Assembly (NCBI GenBank): GCA_903893855.1
Contig: CAITNV010000008.1
Location: 1 to 57,753 of the forward strand
DNA from: Candidatus Tayloriibacteriota bacterium
GTDB taxonomy: Bacteria; Patescibacteriota; Minisyncoccia; Phycocordibacterales; PALSA-1337
Direction of reading: 5' to 3'
DNA: 57,753 nt
The notes under the pieces are model-generated. The model was not told where the DNA came from, searched no databases, and was given only the letters and a program-made list of their open reading frames with translations. A program made the position numbers and the translations under genes. Below are positions 9,880-19,799 of this stretch, piece after piece; positions within the stretch are counted from its first letter, which is position 1, and each line of letters opens with the position of its first letter.

Positions 9880-12800
9880 TTACTCATCGCTTCCGCTATT
9901 CTCTGCTGTTCGATCACGGTTGACCAACTCGACATCAAGGGCGAGACCGCGAAGATTCTTAAGAAGCACGTTAAATGAAGCCGGCAAGTTAGGTTGTTTC
10001 AAGCGTTCACCCTTAACGATAGAGTCGAAGGCTGCAGAACGTCCCTGAATATCGTCAGACTTAATCGTGAGGATTTCACGAAGGGTATGAGCGGCTCCAT
10101 GACCCAAGAGTGCCCAGACTTCCATCTCTCCGAATCGCTGTCCTCCACCTTGTGCTTTACCTCCAAGTGGTTGCTGCGTAATGAGAGAGTAGGGACCAAT
10201 AGATCGCATGTGAATCTTATCTTCAACCATGTGGTGAAGTTTCAAGATATACATATACCCAACGGCTACTTTCTGCTCAAATGCTTCACCAGTTCGTCCA
10301 TCGCGGAGCTGCATCTTTCCATCTTCTGCAAATCCTGCTTTCTTAAGCTCTTCTTTAATTTCAATATCAGTTGCTCCTACGAAAGGTGGGACAATAGCCT
10401 GATAGTTAAGTGTGTGTGCAGCAAGACCCAAGTGTAATTCAAGAATCTGTCCGAGGTTCATACGTGATGGCACACCAAGAGGAGTAAGGATAACGTCTAC
10501 TGGAGTACCGTCTTCCATGTATGGCATATCTTCTTCAGGAAGAATTCGTGAAATAACTCCTTTGTTACCGTGTCGTCCAGCAAGCTTGTCACCCACTGAA
10601 ACGTTTCGAACTTCAGCTACTTCAATGTATATCTTCTTGATGATTCCAGATTCGAGCTTGTCGCCCTTCTCTCGAGAGAAGATTTTCACTGACACCACAC
10701 GACCTCGCTTACCTCCTTCCATTCGCTTTGAGGTGTCTTTCACATCACGAGCCTTTTCACCGAAGATAGATCGTAGAAGTCGCTCTTCTGGAGTAAGCTG
10801 AGTCTCGCCTTTTGGAGAAATTTTACCAACGAGAATGTCACCGGGTCGAACTTCTGCACCAACTCGAACAACTCCGTCTTCTGCAAGATTCTTAAGCTTC
10901 GCTTCACCAACGTTTGGAATATCGCATGTTGTAACTTCTGGACCAAGCTTGGTATCTCGAACGTTAACAACGAACTCTTCAATATGAATAGATGTAAACT
11001 TGCTATTCTTAACTACTCGTTCAGATAGAATGATCGCATCCTCGTAGTTAGAACCTGACCATGACATGAAAGCCACGAGCATATTCTGACCAATAGCGAT
11101 CTCTCCACCATCTGATGTAGATGTATCAACAAGTACATCACCTTTCTTTACCTGCTGACCAAGGCTAACTGATGGTCGCTGATGGAAAGCGGTGAAACCA
11201 TTCGTTCGAGAGAAATGAATAAGGTTATATTCATGTGTGTGTTCTTTGCCGGCTTTTTTACCTTGAAGAACCACTTTATTAGCATCAACTGCAACGATCT
11301 CTCCATCTTCTGGGGCAAGGACGATTCGTCCAGTATCAACAACGGCTTTCTTCTCAATACCTGTAGCAACCAAAGGAGCTTCAGGAATAAGACAAGGAGT
11401 AGCCTGCTTCTGCATGTTCGAACCCATGAGCGCTCGGTTGGCATCGTCGTGGTTCAAGAATGGGATAAGTGATGTAGCAATAGAGAAAGCTTGTTCGCTT
11501 GATACGTCGATATAGTCCACCTCGTCTTTCTTTGCAAGACCAGGTTCGCCGTTAATACGAACTTCAACTTCATCAGCTGTGATCATACCAGTCTTACTAT
11601 CGTAGGGAATTGCTGCGTGAGCGATTTTAAAATTCTCTTCTTCGAGAGCATTCATGTACTGGATCTCTGTAGTGATCTTGCCATTCTTTACTTTGGCATA
11701 TGGAGTCTCAATCATACCGAAGTCATTGATACGAGCGAATGTTGCAAGGTGAAGTACGAGACCGATTGAAGGTCCTTCAGGTGTATGGATTGGACAGAGT
11801 CGGCCGTAGTGAGATGGGTGCACGTCGCGCACTTCAAAACCGGCTCGCTCTCGTGTAAGACCTCCTGGGCCTAGAGCTGAGAGAAGGCGAAGATGCTCAA
11901 GTTCTGAGAGCACATTCTCCTGCTGCATGAATTGTGACAACTGGTTAGTCGTGAAGAATTCTTTAATACGAGCCTGTAGTGGTCGTGGGAAGATGAACTG
12001 TACAGGAAGTGTGACGTCTGGATCGACCGTCGACATTTTATCCTGAATATTTCGTTTCATCTGTGTCATACCAACGCGAATCTTCTGCTGGAGAAGTTCT
12101 CCAACGAAACGAACACGTCGTGAACCAAGATGGTCAATATCGTCCTCAACTGCTTCAGGAGTATTGTTCAAGAGTACGATATGCTTGATGATTGATACGA
12201 TATCGTCAACTGTAACTGTTCGACGAGCGAGATCCTTCTCATCCATAGACTTCTCGAAACGCTTATTAAAACGGAAACGACCGACTGGAGACAGGTCGTA
12301 ACGGTTAGATTCAAAGATTCCGCCGATGAATTCTCGAGCATTTTCAGCTGTTGCTAGATCTCCATCACGAAGTCGCTTGTGAATCTCAATGTATGAATCA
12401 TCTGCTGATTTTGCATGATCCTTTGCAAGAGTGATTTCCATGGCTTTTCGAGCTGCTGGATCGCCTGCGAAGAGGTCCATGATAGCGTCATTAGTTGGCG
12501 CGCAATTGGCATTCATCTTTCCTTCAGGAGTCTTCTCTCCGAGGATTCGCATAAGTGTAGAAATAGGGAACTTACGCTTACGATCGATCTTAACATAAAT
12601 TGCACCCTCTGCATCGCTCTCGATCTCCATCCAAACACCTCGCTGAGGGATGATCTTAGCACCGAAATAGTTACGTCCTTTGATCTCATCAACCGTGAAG
12701 AAAATACCGAATGAACGCGCAAGCTGTGGAACGATAACTCGTTCAATACCGTTAACGATAAAAGTTCCATGATTAGTCATCAATGGAATATCTGCAAGGA

Positions 12801-13113
12801 AGATCTCTTGTTCCTTTACAGAATCAAGCATCTTATTCTTCAATTTTACTTTCACCTTTACCTGACCTTCGTATGAAAGCTTATTGGCTTTAGCATAATG
12901 CTCATCATACTTCGGTGCTGATAGTTCGAAGTGGGTGAATGATAGTTCGAATTTCTTCTCAGCGTAATCGCTAATAGGAGAGAACTCCTTCAACACCTCC
13001 TCAATACCAGTCTTAATGAGCCAGTCGAACGATGCCACTTGTGATTCCACAAGGTTTGGCATTGCTGTCAATGACTCCTTGAAACGGCTGAAATATTTTT
13101 TGGTCGTTTTCAT
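9880..13113 (-). CDS. rpoB: RNA polymerase beta subunit (compact, 1077 aa)
   Basis: DDIDHLGSRRVR, RALMGSNMQKQA, GDKLAGRHGNKGV, GGQRFGEMEVWAL. Confidence 0.99.
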   Translation of the reverse strand: MKTTKKYFSRFKESLTAMPNLVESQVASFDWLIKTGIEEVLKEFSPISDYAEKKFELSFTHFELSAPKYDEHYAKANKLSYEGQVKVKVKLKNKMLDSVKEQEIFLADIPLMTNHGTFIVNGIERVIVPQLARSFGIFFTVDEIKGRNYFGAKIIPQRGVWMEIESDAEGAIYVKIDRKRKFPISTLMRILGEKTPEGKMNANCAPTNDAIMDLFAGDPAARKAMEITLAKDHAKSADDSYIEIHKRLRDGDLATAENAREFIGGIFESNRYDLSPVGRFRFNKRFEKSMDEKDLARRTVTVDDIVSIIKHIVLLNNTPEAVEDDIDHLGSRRVRFVGELLQQKIRVGMTQMKRNIQDKMSTVDPDVTLPVQFIFPRPLQARIKEFFTTNQLSQFMQQENVLSELEHLRLLSALGPGGLTRERAGFEVRDVHPSHYGRLCPIHTPEGPSIGLVLHLATFARINDFGMIETPYAKVKNGKITTEIQYMNALEEENFKIAHAAIPYDSKTGMITADEVEVRINGEPGLAKKDEVDYIDVSSEQAFSIATSLIPFLNHDDANRALMGSNMQKQATPCLIPEAPLVATGIEKKAVVDTGRIVLAPEDGEIVAVDANKVVLQGKKAGKEHTHEYNLIHFSRTNGFTAFHQRPSVSLGQQVKKGDVLVDTSTSDGGEIAIGQNMLVAFMSWSGSNYEDAIILSERVVKNSKFTSIHIEEFVVNVRDTKLGPEVTTCDIPNVGEAKLKNLAEDGVVRVGAEVRPGDILVGKISPKGETQLTPEERLLRSIFGEKARDVKDTSKRMEGGKRGRVVSVKIFSREKGDKLESGIIKKIYIEVAEVRNVSVGDKLAGRHGNKGVISRILPEEDMPYMEDGTPVDVILTPLGVPSRMNLGQILELHLGLAAHTLNYQAIVPPFVGATDIEIKEELKKAGFAEDGKMQLRDGRTGEAFEQKVAVGYMYILKLHHMVEDKIHMRSIGPYSLITQQPLGGKAQGGGQRFGEMEVWALLGHGAAHTLREILTIKSDDIQGRSAAFDSIVKGERLKQPNLPASFNVLLKNLRGLALDVELVNRDRTAENSGSDE

Positions 13114-13320
13114 GGCAGGGTAGTGCCTTTCGGCAAAATATATAAATTAATAATGCGTACGAAACCATGCGACTAAAAATGTAACAACTAAAACACAAAA
13201 TACGCCCAGAGGACGTAAGTGTACGCTTAGTTGTTAGCGTTTTTTGGTTGCAAGAATGGGATCCAATTTAAAGCCTTGTAATCCTTCGCATAACGGGCAT
13301 AACACAATCTTGCTGAAGTT
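13114..13320 (-). promoter_or_regulatory. ~200-nt structured rpoB 5' leader with an attenuator-like hairpin
   Basis: 10-bp stem 13182-13191/13227-13236 encloses UACGUCC-UCU-GGGCGUA followed by UUUUGUGUUUU; UGCC-GAAA-GGCA hairpin lies near the ATG. Confidence 0.5.
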
Positions 13321-13327
13321 ATCCACA
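13319..13327 (+). promoter_or_regulatory. DnaA box
   Basis: Exact TTATCCACA, intergenic, overlapping the predicted rpoBC -10/+1 region. Confidence 0.55.
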
Positions 13328-13355
13328 GCCTATCAAATTTGACTTTTTATGTCAA
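13327..13355 (-). promoter_or_regulatory. Sigma-70 promoter of rpoBC
   Basis: TTGACA-17 nt-TAGGCT with a TG extension. Confidence 0.7.
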
Positions 13356-13388
13356 TAGCTTTATGTGGACATCTCTGTACATAACGCT

Positions 13389-13802
13389 TTACGCGTGTTT
13401 TTCTCCTTCTTTACCTTCAAATTCAAGGCATACGGAATTGATGCAAAACCGCTTCCCTCCCTGCTCTTGCGGACCGTCGTTAAAGACATGGCCGAGGTGT
13501 GCGCCACATGTCTTACAGACGACTTCTGTACGATGCATACCGTGTTCATTATCTTCTCGTAACTCCACCTTTTCTACTGCGACTGGATCTGTAAATGAAG
13601 GCCAACCAGTTCCAGAATCGAATTTCGCCCCCGAAGCAAAAAGCTGCGTCCCACAAATCGCGCACTTATACATTCCCTCTGCATGATTATCTACATACTT
13701 GCCAGTGAACGGCGCTTCAGTGCCCTTTTCTCGAGCAACTTTATATAATTCCTTTGGTAAATCTTTATCATTTTTTATATCTTTCTTGATTGGTGTTTGC
13801 AT
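13389..13802 (-). CDS. msrB: Peptide-methionine (R)-S-oxide reductase
   Basis: GTEAPFTG, CAIC, KFDSGTGWPSF, CKTC, HLGHVFNDGP, RFCINS. Confidence 0.97.
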   Translation of the reverse strand: MQTPIKKDIKNDKDLPKELYKVAREKGTEAPFTGKYVDNHAEGMYKCAICGTQLFASGAKFDSGTGWPSFTDPVAVEKVELREDNEHGMHRTEVVCKTCGAHLGHVFNDGPQEQGGKRFCINSVCLEFEGKEGEKHA

Positions 13803-13824
13803 ATAATTTAGGTATTACTAATAA

Positions 13825-14373
13825 TTACAAATCCTTTATAAGTGACGCATACTTCTGTTCCAACTTCTCTACCTTAGGCCCGATGATGAATGTACAGTAC
13901 GGCGCATCCTTATGGCTCTCAAAATAATTCTTATGATAATCCTCAGCTTCGTAAAATGTGCCGAGTGGTGCGACCTCGGTAACAATAGCAGTGCTGTATG
14001 CTCTATCATCGGTTAATTTCTTAATGAAAGCCTGAGCCACCGTCTTCTGTTCTTCGGTGGTATAGAATATCGCCGAGCGATACTGTGTGCCCACATCATT
14101 ACCCTGTCGATTCAAGGTTGTAGGATCGTGCGTAAAGAAAAAAATCGTCAATAAATCCTCATAACTAATAACACTTTGGTCGAAAACAATTTTGGCACAT
14201 TCAGCATGGCCGGTCTTACCACCGCATACCTGTTCATAGCTAGGATTGGGCACTGCCCCACCCGTGTAACCAGGAACAGCAGAAATAACACCCTTCAAAC
14301 GGGCGAATAACGTCTCAGTACACCAAAAACATCCACCAGCGAGCACTGCAGTCTGTTGTGTATTGTCGGCCAT
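13825..14373 (-). CDS. msrA: Peptide-methionine (S)-S-oxide reductase
   Basis: GGCFWC, TGHAE, HDPTTLNRQGNDVGTQYRS, AEDYH. Confidence 0.97.
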   Translation of the reverse strand: MADNTQQTAVLAGGCFWCTETLFARLKGVISAVPGYTGGAVPNPSYEQVCGGKTGHAECAKIVFDQSVISYEDLLTIFFFTHDPTTLNRQGNDVGTQYRSAIFYTTEEQKTVAQAFIKKLTDDRAYSTAIVTEVAPLGTFYEAEDYHKNYFESHKDAPYCTFIIGPKVEKLEQKYASLIKDL

Positions 14374-14388
14374 ATATACTATAAAAAA

Positions 14389-15093
14389 TTATTTAGAATT
14401 AATTTCTGCTTTCCACGCTTCAATAAGGGCATGATTCCCTGAGAGTAATACCTTTGGCACGCGATATTTCTTTCCTTTGAACTCCACAACTTCTGGGCGA
14501 GTGTATACGTCCTTTGCTGCTACACGAGTCTCTTCGAGCGAAGTAATATCTCCCAACACTCCGGCAATTTGTCTTGATACAGAATCAATCACGATCATGG
14601 CCGGCAATTCCCCACCAGTAAGAACGAAAGGGCCGACCGATACTTCTTCAACTTTGAAGGCTTTCTTTACCCGTGCATCAATACCCTCATAACGACCGCA
14701 TATAAAAATAATATCCGTGTACTTCTTCGCGGCTACTTTTGCGTATGCAGTATCGAACAATGTGCCCGACGGAGAAAAGAAAATAATCTTTGTTGTTCTC
14801 GTAGACTTCGCTTTACCTTTAGTCTTACTAATGGCTTTCTCGATAGCTCGCATAACAGGTAGCGCTTCGATTACCATACCGGGACCTCCGCCATACGGCT
14901 TATCGTCCACTCTTCGCTCAGAGTAGGTCATTTCATTGGGTGCTTTTTTTGCACCAACTTTAGGCGCAGCAAAATCTCGCGGGTTATAAAAAGAAATTTT
15001 TATCTTCTTATCCTCTTGTGCACGCTTTAATATAGATTCGTTAAGATACGAATCGAGGCTCTGAGGAAATAATGTAACTATATGGAAATGCAC
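14389..15093 (-). CDS. trmD: tRNA (guanine-N1)-methyltransferase
   Basis: VDDKPYGGGPGMV, CGRYEGID, VLTGGELPAM, VPKVLLSGNH; GTG start overlaps the khpA stop (TAGTG). Confidence 0.97.
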   Translation of the reverse strand: MHFHIVTLFPQSLDSYLNESILKRAQEDKKIKISFYNPRDFAAPKVGAKKAPNEMTYSERRVDDKPYGGGPGMVIEALPVMRAIEKAISKTKGKAKSTRTTKIIFFSPSGTLFDTAYAKVAAKKYTDIIFICGRYEGIDARVKKAFKVEEVSVGPFVLTGGELPAMIVIDSVSRQIAGVLGDITSLEETRVAAKDVYTRPEVVEFKGKKYRVPKVLLSGNHALIEAWKAEINSK

Positions 15094-15407
15094 TAGATCT
15101 TGAGATCGGCCATTGCTTCATCGACAGTCTTTGAAGCCTTCTGCTCATGAGGAAGAGCACCTTCTGGCTCATTAATCTTAAGGTTAACCCGAGAATTATT
15201 CTTCATACCTACTACACGAAGAAGCGTTCGAATAGCTTTAGCGGTATTGCCTGATCGGCCAATAACCTTACCCATATCAGCGGCATTTACCTCAAGTGTC
15301 ATGAGAACACCCATTTCATCAACGGTTCGAACGATCTTTACATCGTTAGGGTTATCTACAAGAGCTTTAATTACATAATCCAAAAACTGTTGGTCCTGAT
15401 TTTGCAT
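15093..15407 (-). CDS. khpA: KH-domain RNA-binding protein (KhpA/YlqC)
   Basis: LVDNP, DMGKVIGRSGNTAKAIRTLL; lies between rpsP and trmD. Confidence 0.9.
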   Translation of the reverse strand: MQNQDQQFLDYVIKALVDNPNDVKIVRTVDEMGVLMTLEVNAADMGKVIGRSGNTAKAIRTLLRVVGMKNNSRVNLKINEPEGALPHEQKASKTVDEAMADLKI

Positions 15408-15463
15408 ATCGTTAGATCAATTAAATCTTACTGGTAATATCCGTAATTCTATCGCGAGAATGA

Positions 15464-15832
15464 CTATGCTGCAACAGCTGCTGTTTCCACAGGCTTAGCT
15501 TCGGTAGCGGCTGCTTTAGGTGCTTCGGCTCCTGCTACTTCTGCTTTCTTGATAGGGCTTTTCTTTGGAAGAGCATTAAGCTTCTTACCTTCGATGACTT
15601 TCTTAGTTACGAGGAAGTTATGAACAGTAGTTGAGAGCTTTGCACCCATAGAGATCCAATGCTTTATAGCTGGAACGTCAAACTGCTCAATCTTATTGTC
15701 CTTGCGAGGATCGTATGAACCCAAAACCTTTAGATATCGTCCGCTCTTTGGGCCGTTTTTAGAATCGGTTAAAACAAGCCGGAAAGTTGGCTCGTGTTTT
15801 CGTCCTACTCGCTGTAATCTGATCATTAGCAT
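15464..15832 (-). CDS. rpsP: 30S ribosomal protein S16
   Basis: MLMIRLQRVGRKHEPTFRLVLTDS..G..LGSYDP; start moved to ATG 15832. Confidence 0.95.
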   Translation of the reverse strand: MLMIRLQRVGRKHEPTFRLVLTDSKNGPKSGRYLKVLGSYDPRKDNKIEQFDVPAIKHWISMGAKLSTTVHNFLVTKKVIEGKKLNALPKKSPIKKAEVAGAEAPKAAATEAKPVETAAVAA

Positions 15833-15927
15833 ATGTGGGTGACATACTAACAAAACACCCACAAAAAAGCAAGCTATTAGACTGTCAAATAGACTTTTTC
15901 CCCATGCCTGCTATAGTTATAGCAATA

Positions 15928-17982
15928 ATGAATACTAATAAAATGCAAAATAACACCTCGACAAACATCACCGGAACCGTGACAACTACCGCTAAAGGTA
16001 TGGGTTTTATAGCTGATCCAGCCAATGTAGATAAAGACATCCTCATAGAACCGGGCTTTCTAAACACCGCTCTTAATGGCGATACCGTAGAAGTTACCGT
16101 GACCGGCAGCATGCCACCTCGCAAAGCTGGCGAACCACGCACCAAGACCGCCGAGGTTGTCCGCGTCACTGCACGCGCTAAGAACACTTTCGTAGGAACT
16201 GTCGACACTGAGAACAGTCGCTATTTCGTCATTCCTGATGATAAGAAAATGTACACAGACATTGCGATATCCGAAGACGAAGCTCGCAAGCATAAGCTTG
16301 AGAAGGATCAAAAAGTACAAGTAGTCATTGATTTTAAAACTTGGACTAACCCTGTCAGGAACCCTCTTGGTACTATCACGCGAACTCTTGGTAAAAAAGG
16401 CGACAACGATGTAGAAATGGAATCTATCGTCCTTGAAAAAGGCTTCGAGACAAGCTTCCCGCCCGCAGTCGAAGATGAAGCGAAAGAGATCGGCACTGTC
16501 GAAAAAATAATCACCCCAGAAGAGATTGCGAAGCGCCGAGACATGCGCACCACAATGACGTTCACCATCGATCCATACGATGCGAAGGACTTTGACGATG
16601 CTATTTCATTTAAAAAACTCCCCCAAGAGAATGGACAAAACCGTTATGAGATCGGCGTCCACATTGCGGACGTATCTCACTATGTTCGTGAAGGGACAGC
16701 CCTTGATGCTGAAGCAGTGAAGCGCGGCTGCTCGATTTACCTCGTTGATCGCACCATCCCTATGCTTCCAGAAGTTCTCTCGAACGATGTCTGTAGTCTT
16801 AATCCACACGAAGACAAGCTTTCCTTCTCTGCTATTTTCATACTCGATGACAAAGCGCAGGTTCATGATCGATGGTTCGGCAAGACGGTGATGAATTCTA
16901 CACATCGCTTTACTTATGAGACTGCACAAGCAGCTATAGACGGCGATCCAGAACTCACGGTGAGGTATTCAAGTGGCACACAGACTGCCGACCTCGCTCT
17001 CGCCGGCATGCAGTATCGCGATGAGCTCACGACACTTAATAAGATTGCAAAGATTCTCCAGAAAGAAAAGTTCGCAGCCGGTGCAATAGAATTCGAACAA
17101 GAAGAGATCAAGTTCAAGCTCGACGATAAAGGCTATCCTATCGGCGTTTACAAAAAAGAGCGTATCGATACCCATAAGCTCGTCGAAGAATACATGCTTC
17201 TTGCCAATCGAGAGGTTGCGAAATTTATCTATGATTCCATTCAAAAGAAAGGTAAAAGAGACACTGGCGCTATTTACCGTATTCACGATGTTCCAGATAA
17301 AGAAAAGATTGCGGATCTTGCAAGCTTCGTAAGAGCCCTCGGTTATAATCTCCGCACGACAAAAGACGGCCTTGTTACTGCACGCGATCTCAATCACCTT
17401 CTTGAGCAAATAGAAGGCACCCCTCATGAAGCGCTTATCCGCACAGCAGCGGTTCGCTCAATGCAGAAGGCTATTTACTCTACCAAAAACATCGGCCATT
17501 TCGGTCTTGCATTCGACTTCTACACTCATTTCACTTCCCCAATTCGCCGCTATCCTGACCTTCTTGTGCATCGTGTCCTTGCGAAGCATTTAAATGGCGA
17601 GCCATTCGGTGATCGCGACATTGTCGTATTTCAGCACATTGCTGACTCTTCTACTCGTCGTGAGATCGACGCTTCAGACGCAGAACGCTCAAGCAAAAAG
17701 CTCAAGCAAGTAGAATACATGAGCTCACGTGTAGGTCAGGTCTTTGATGGAACTATCTCTGGCGTTACCGAATGGGGTCTCTACGTTGAAGAGAAAGAAA
17801 GCCGTTCAGAAGGTATGATAAAAATCCGTGACCTCGGTAGCGACTTCTATGAATTTAATAAAAAAACCTATTCAATTACTGGCAAACAATCAGGCGTCAC
17901 CTTCACACTTGGCGACAGCATTCGCTTCAAAGTAAACGGTGCGGATCTTGATAAGAAGACGTTGGATTTCGTTCTCGCATAA
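15928..17982 (+). CDS. rnr: Ribonuclease R (RNB family)
   Basis: TIDPYDAKDFDDA, VHIADVSHYV, GHFGLA..YTHFTSPIRRYPDL, C-terminal S1 domain; start set at MNTNK after an extended -10. Confidence 0.93.
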   Translation: MNTNKMQNNTSTNITGTVTTTAKGMGFIADPANVDKDILIEPGFLNTALNGDTVEVTVTGSMPPRKAGEPRTKTAEVVRVTARAKNTFVGTVDTENSRYFVIPDDKKMYTDIAISEDEARKHKLEKDQKVQVVIDFKTWTNPVRNPLGTITRTLGKKGDNDVEMESIVLEKGFETSFPPAVEDEAKEIGTVEKIITPEEIAKRRDMRTTMTFTIDPYDAKDFDDAISFKKLPQENGQNRYEIGVHIADVSHYVREGTALDAEAVKRGCSIYLVDRTIPMLPEVLSNDVCSLNPHEDKLSFSAIFILDDKAQVHDRWFGKTVMNSTHRFTYETAQAAIDGDPELTVRYSSGTQTADLALAGMQYRDELTTLNKIAKILQKEKFAAGAIEFEQEEIKFKLDDKGYPIGVYKKERIDTHKLVEEYMLLANREVAKFIYDSIQKKGKRDTGAIYRIHDVPDKEKIADLASFVRALGYNLRTTKDGLVTARDLNHLLEQIEGTPHEALIRTAAVRSMQKAIYSTKNIGHFGLAFDFYTHFTSPIRRYPDLLVHRVLAKHLNGEPFGDRDIVVFQHIADSSTRREIDASDAERSSKKLKQVEYMSSRVGQVFDGTISGVTEWGLYVEEKESRSEGMIKIRDLGSDFYEFNKKTYSITGKQSGVTFTLGDSIRFKVNGADLDKKTLDFVLA

Positions 17983-17994
17983 TAAAAAGTATTC

Positions 17995-18033
17995 AAATAA
18001 ATAAAATCTCCTCGATACTTGCGTATCGAGGAG
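17995..18033 (-). terminator. Intrinsic terminator closing the GHKL operon
   Basis: CTCCTCGATAC / GTATCGAGGAG 11-bp stem, GCAA loop on the minus strand, then ATTTTATTTATTT. Confidence 0.8.
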
Positions 18034-18060
18034 TGTTCCTTTCGGCTGTTATAACACAGC

Positions 18061-19761
18061 CTATTCAGAGCTACTGTCGGCTGGTTTTCTACCCAGCGGT
18101 GATCGAACTTTATCGCCATTGAGGATCCATGACACAAGTGAGTGGTTCAGTTCATCGATCGCTTGGCGTTGATGGTGACGTTGTGCCACAGGCATCATAT
18201 GAAGTGTTAATGCCTCCATTGTCACACACTCTTGCAACTTCATGAGTGTTGAATCCCTTAGTTCACACGCCATCCAGTGAGGATGTCGAATGTTGAAGGT
18301 TAGGATACCCGCGTCGGCGTCGAGTTTCCACAGCTCAGGTGATCCTTCCATTGCTTCGTGAGCGAACTGCAAGCCGAAACTTGCGTTCTTCACCACCTTT
18401 CGAGGAGAACCTTTTGGGCCACTCCCCGTCTGCGGCTTCTTCACGTGAGACGAATCAGCTCGATTGGGCGATCCTGTTCCAGAAGTCTTTGCACCATCTC
18501 CGGGTTCACCATTACCCGAGTTTGTCGTCTGTTCACTTCCACCGTCGGTACTTTCCGCATCGGCGTGGTCATTACCAGCAACCCCTCGCCCGAACGATTT
18601 AATGACGTCCCTAAGAGGTGCGTGAGCTTGGTCCATGAAGAGATGCTCGAGCACTTTCATTGACCGTAGTCCGAGTTCTTGGAACCGTTGTTCCTGACGT
18701 GAATGCCGTGCCTCATCGAGGTATTTTGATCCGAATCCATCGAACCATTCTTCGATGGCGCAACACAAGCCGACGAATGCATCGTCTTTCTCAAGTGTTT
18801 TGCGATCAGGATGTAGTCTGGATTTCTGCGAGAGAATCTCTCCCTCGAAGAGACCTGATGTGAGTGCAGTGATCACTTCATCCCTGAGGAGTTGAGTGGC
18901 CGATCGGGCAAGGTAGTGAAAAGGAAAACGGAAATCATTTCCCGTCACACCCACCAATACCCGCCCGTTTCGGCCCTTCGCCACCTTTGGAGCAATGAAC
19001 AAGCGAAACGTTGTCTCACCTGAATCACTATTTACAAACTTCTGCACAGGTAGTGCTTGCCCCCGGAATTCTTGAGCTGTGACGTTGAGACGCCGTTCGA
19101 CAGTGCCATCCTTATGAATGACTTCAACTGAGATGATGGTCTTATTACGTCGCATGGTTGTGGCGTAACGGTCTTGAATCCCACCGATAAGCGTGTCTAT
19201 CGGGACGCGGCTGATGTATTCATCGGACGTGAACCCGGTGAGGCTCATTTCCGAGCGCCAGTACACCTTGGTTTTACCTGCGGGCGGTTTATCTTCGAGT
19301 GTCAGGTCAGGCCGTGCACGAAGTGGAATGTTGATATCCATTCTCTGTTTAAGGATGTGAGCGGTTGAGAACGTCCATTCCTGAAACCCATTCTTATGTG
19401 GTGCAGGACAAGAGATGAACGTAAACCGTTCACATTTGCCAAGGGGAGATATGAGCCCAATACCGAACTGACCGAGGCTTCCTTCACCCTTTCGCCCTGG
19501 TTGTGCAACCGACGCCAATGCAGCATTAAACTTCTCCAACGTCGCTCCGTTTCCATTGTCACGTACAGCGAGATGTCGAGTCTTGCGATTGATTGTGATC
19601 CATATCAGATTAGCCTTAACATCCCTATCAAGGGAGTTCTGGACAAGCTCGAGGATAACCTCGAGAAGGGTCGGGTACGTACCAGCCAAGTGCAAGAGGG
19701 TCTGACCATGATTGAACTTGATAGGAGTTTGCGTATCCGTGAGAAGTGCTGATTTTGACAT
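18061..19761 (-). CDS. GHKL-superfamily (MORC/Hsp90/MutL-type) ATPase of unknown function
   Basis: Bergerat motifs ELVQNSLD, RDNGNG and GQFGIG; disordered Gly/Ser linker; C-terminal FNIRHP motif; SD-like AAAGGA. Confidence 0.85.
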   Translation of the reverse strand: MSKSALLTDTQTPIKFNHGQTLLHLAGTYPTLLEVILELVQNSLDRDVKANLIWITINRKTRHLAVRDNGNGATLEKFNAALASVAQPGRKGEGSLGQFGIGLISPLGKCERFTFISCPAPHKNGFQEWTFSTAHILKQRMDINIPLRARPDLTLEDKPPAGKTKVYWRSEMSLTGFTSDEYISRVPIDTLIGGIQDRYATTMRRNKTIISVEVIHKDGTVERRLNVTAQEFRGQALPVQKFVNSDSGETTFRLFIAPKVAKGRNGRVLVGVTGNDFRFPFHYLARSATQLLRDEVITALTSGLFEGEILSQKSRLHPDRKTLEKDDAFVGLCCAIEEWFDGFGSKYLDEARHSRQEQRFQELGLRSMKVLEHLFMDQAHAPLRDVIKSFGRGVAGNDHADAESTDGGSEQTTNSGNGEPGDGAKTSGTGSPNRADSSHVKKPQTGSGPKGSPRKVVKNASFGLQFAHEAMEGSPELWKLDADAGILTFNIRHPHWMACELRDSTLMKLQECVTMEALTLHMMPVAQRHHQRQAIDELNHSLVSWILNGDKVRSPLGRKPADSSSE

Positions 19762-19799
19762 TGCTTTCCTTTCTTTTGTTACTTTCTTTTGGTTTGTGT

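Noticed and set aside
13300..13388. oriC near the rpoB DnaA box
   Set aside because: Only one perfect box, no unwinding-element repeats, and the region is explained as a promoter.
18061..19761. Sensor histidine kinase or HtpG
   Set aside because: The ATPase domain is N-terminal with the ExxxNxxD/GxFGxG pattern, and there is no H-box or TM sensor. It lacks the HtpG LRELISNA motif and middle-domain signatures.
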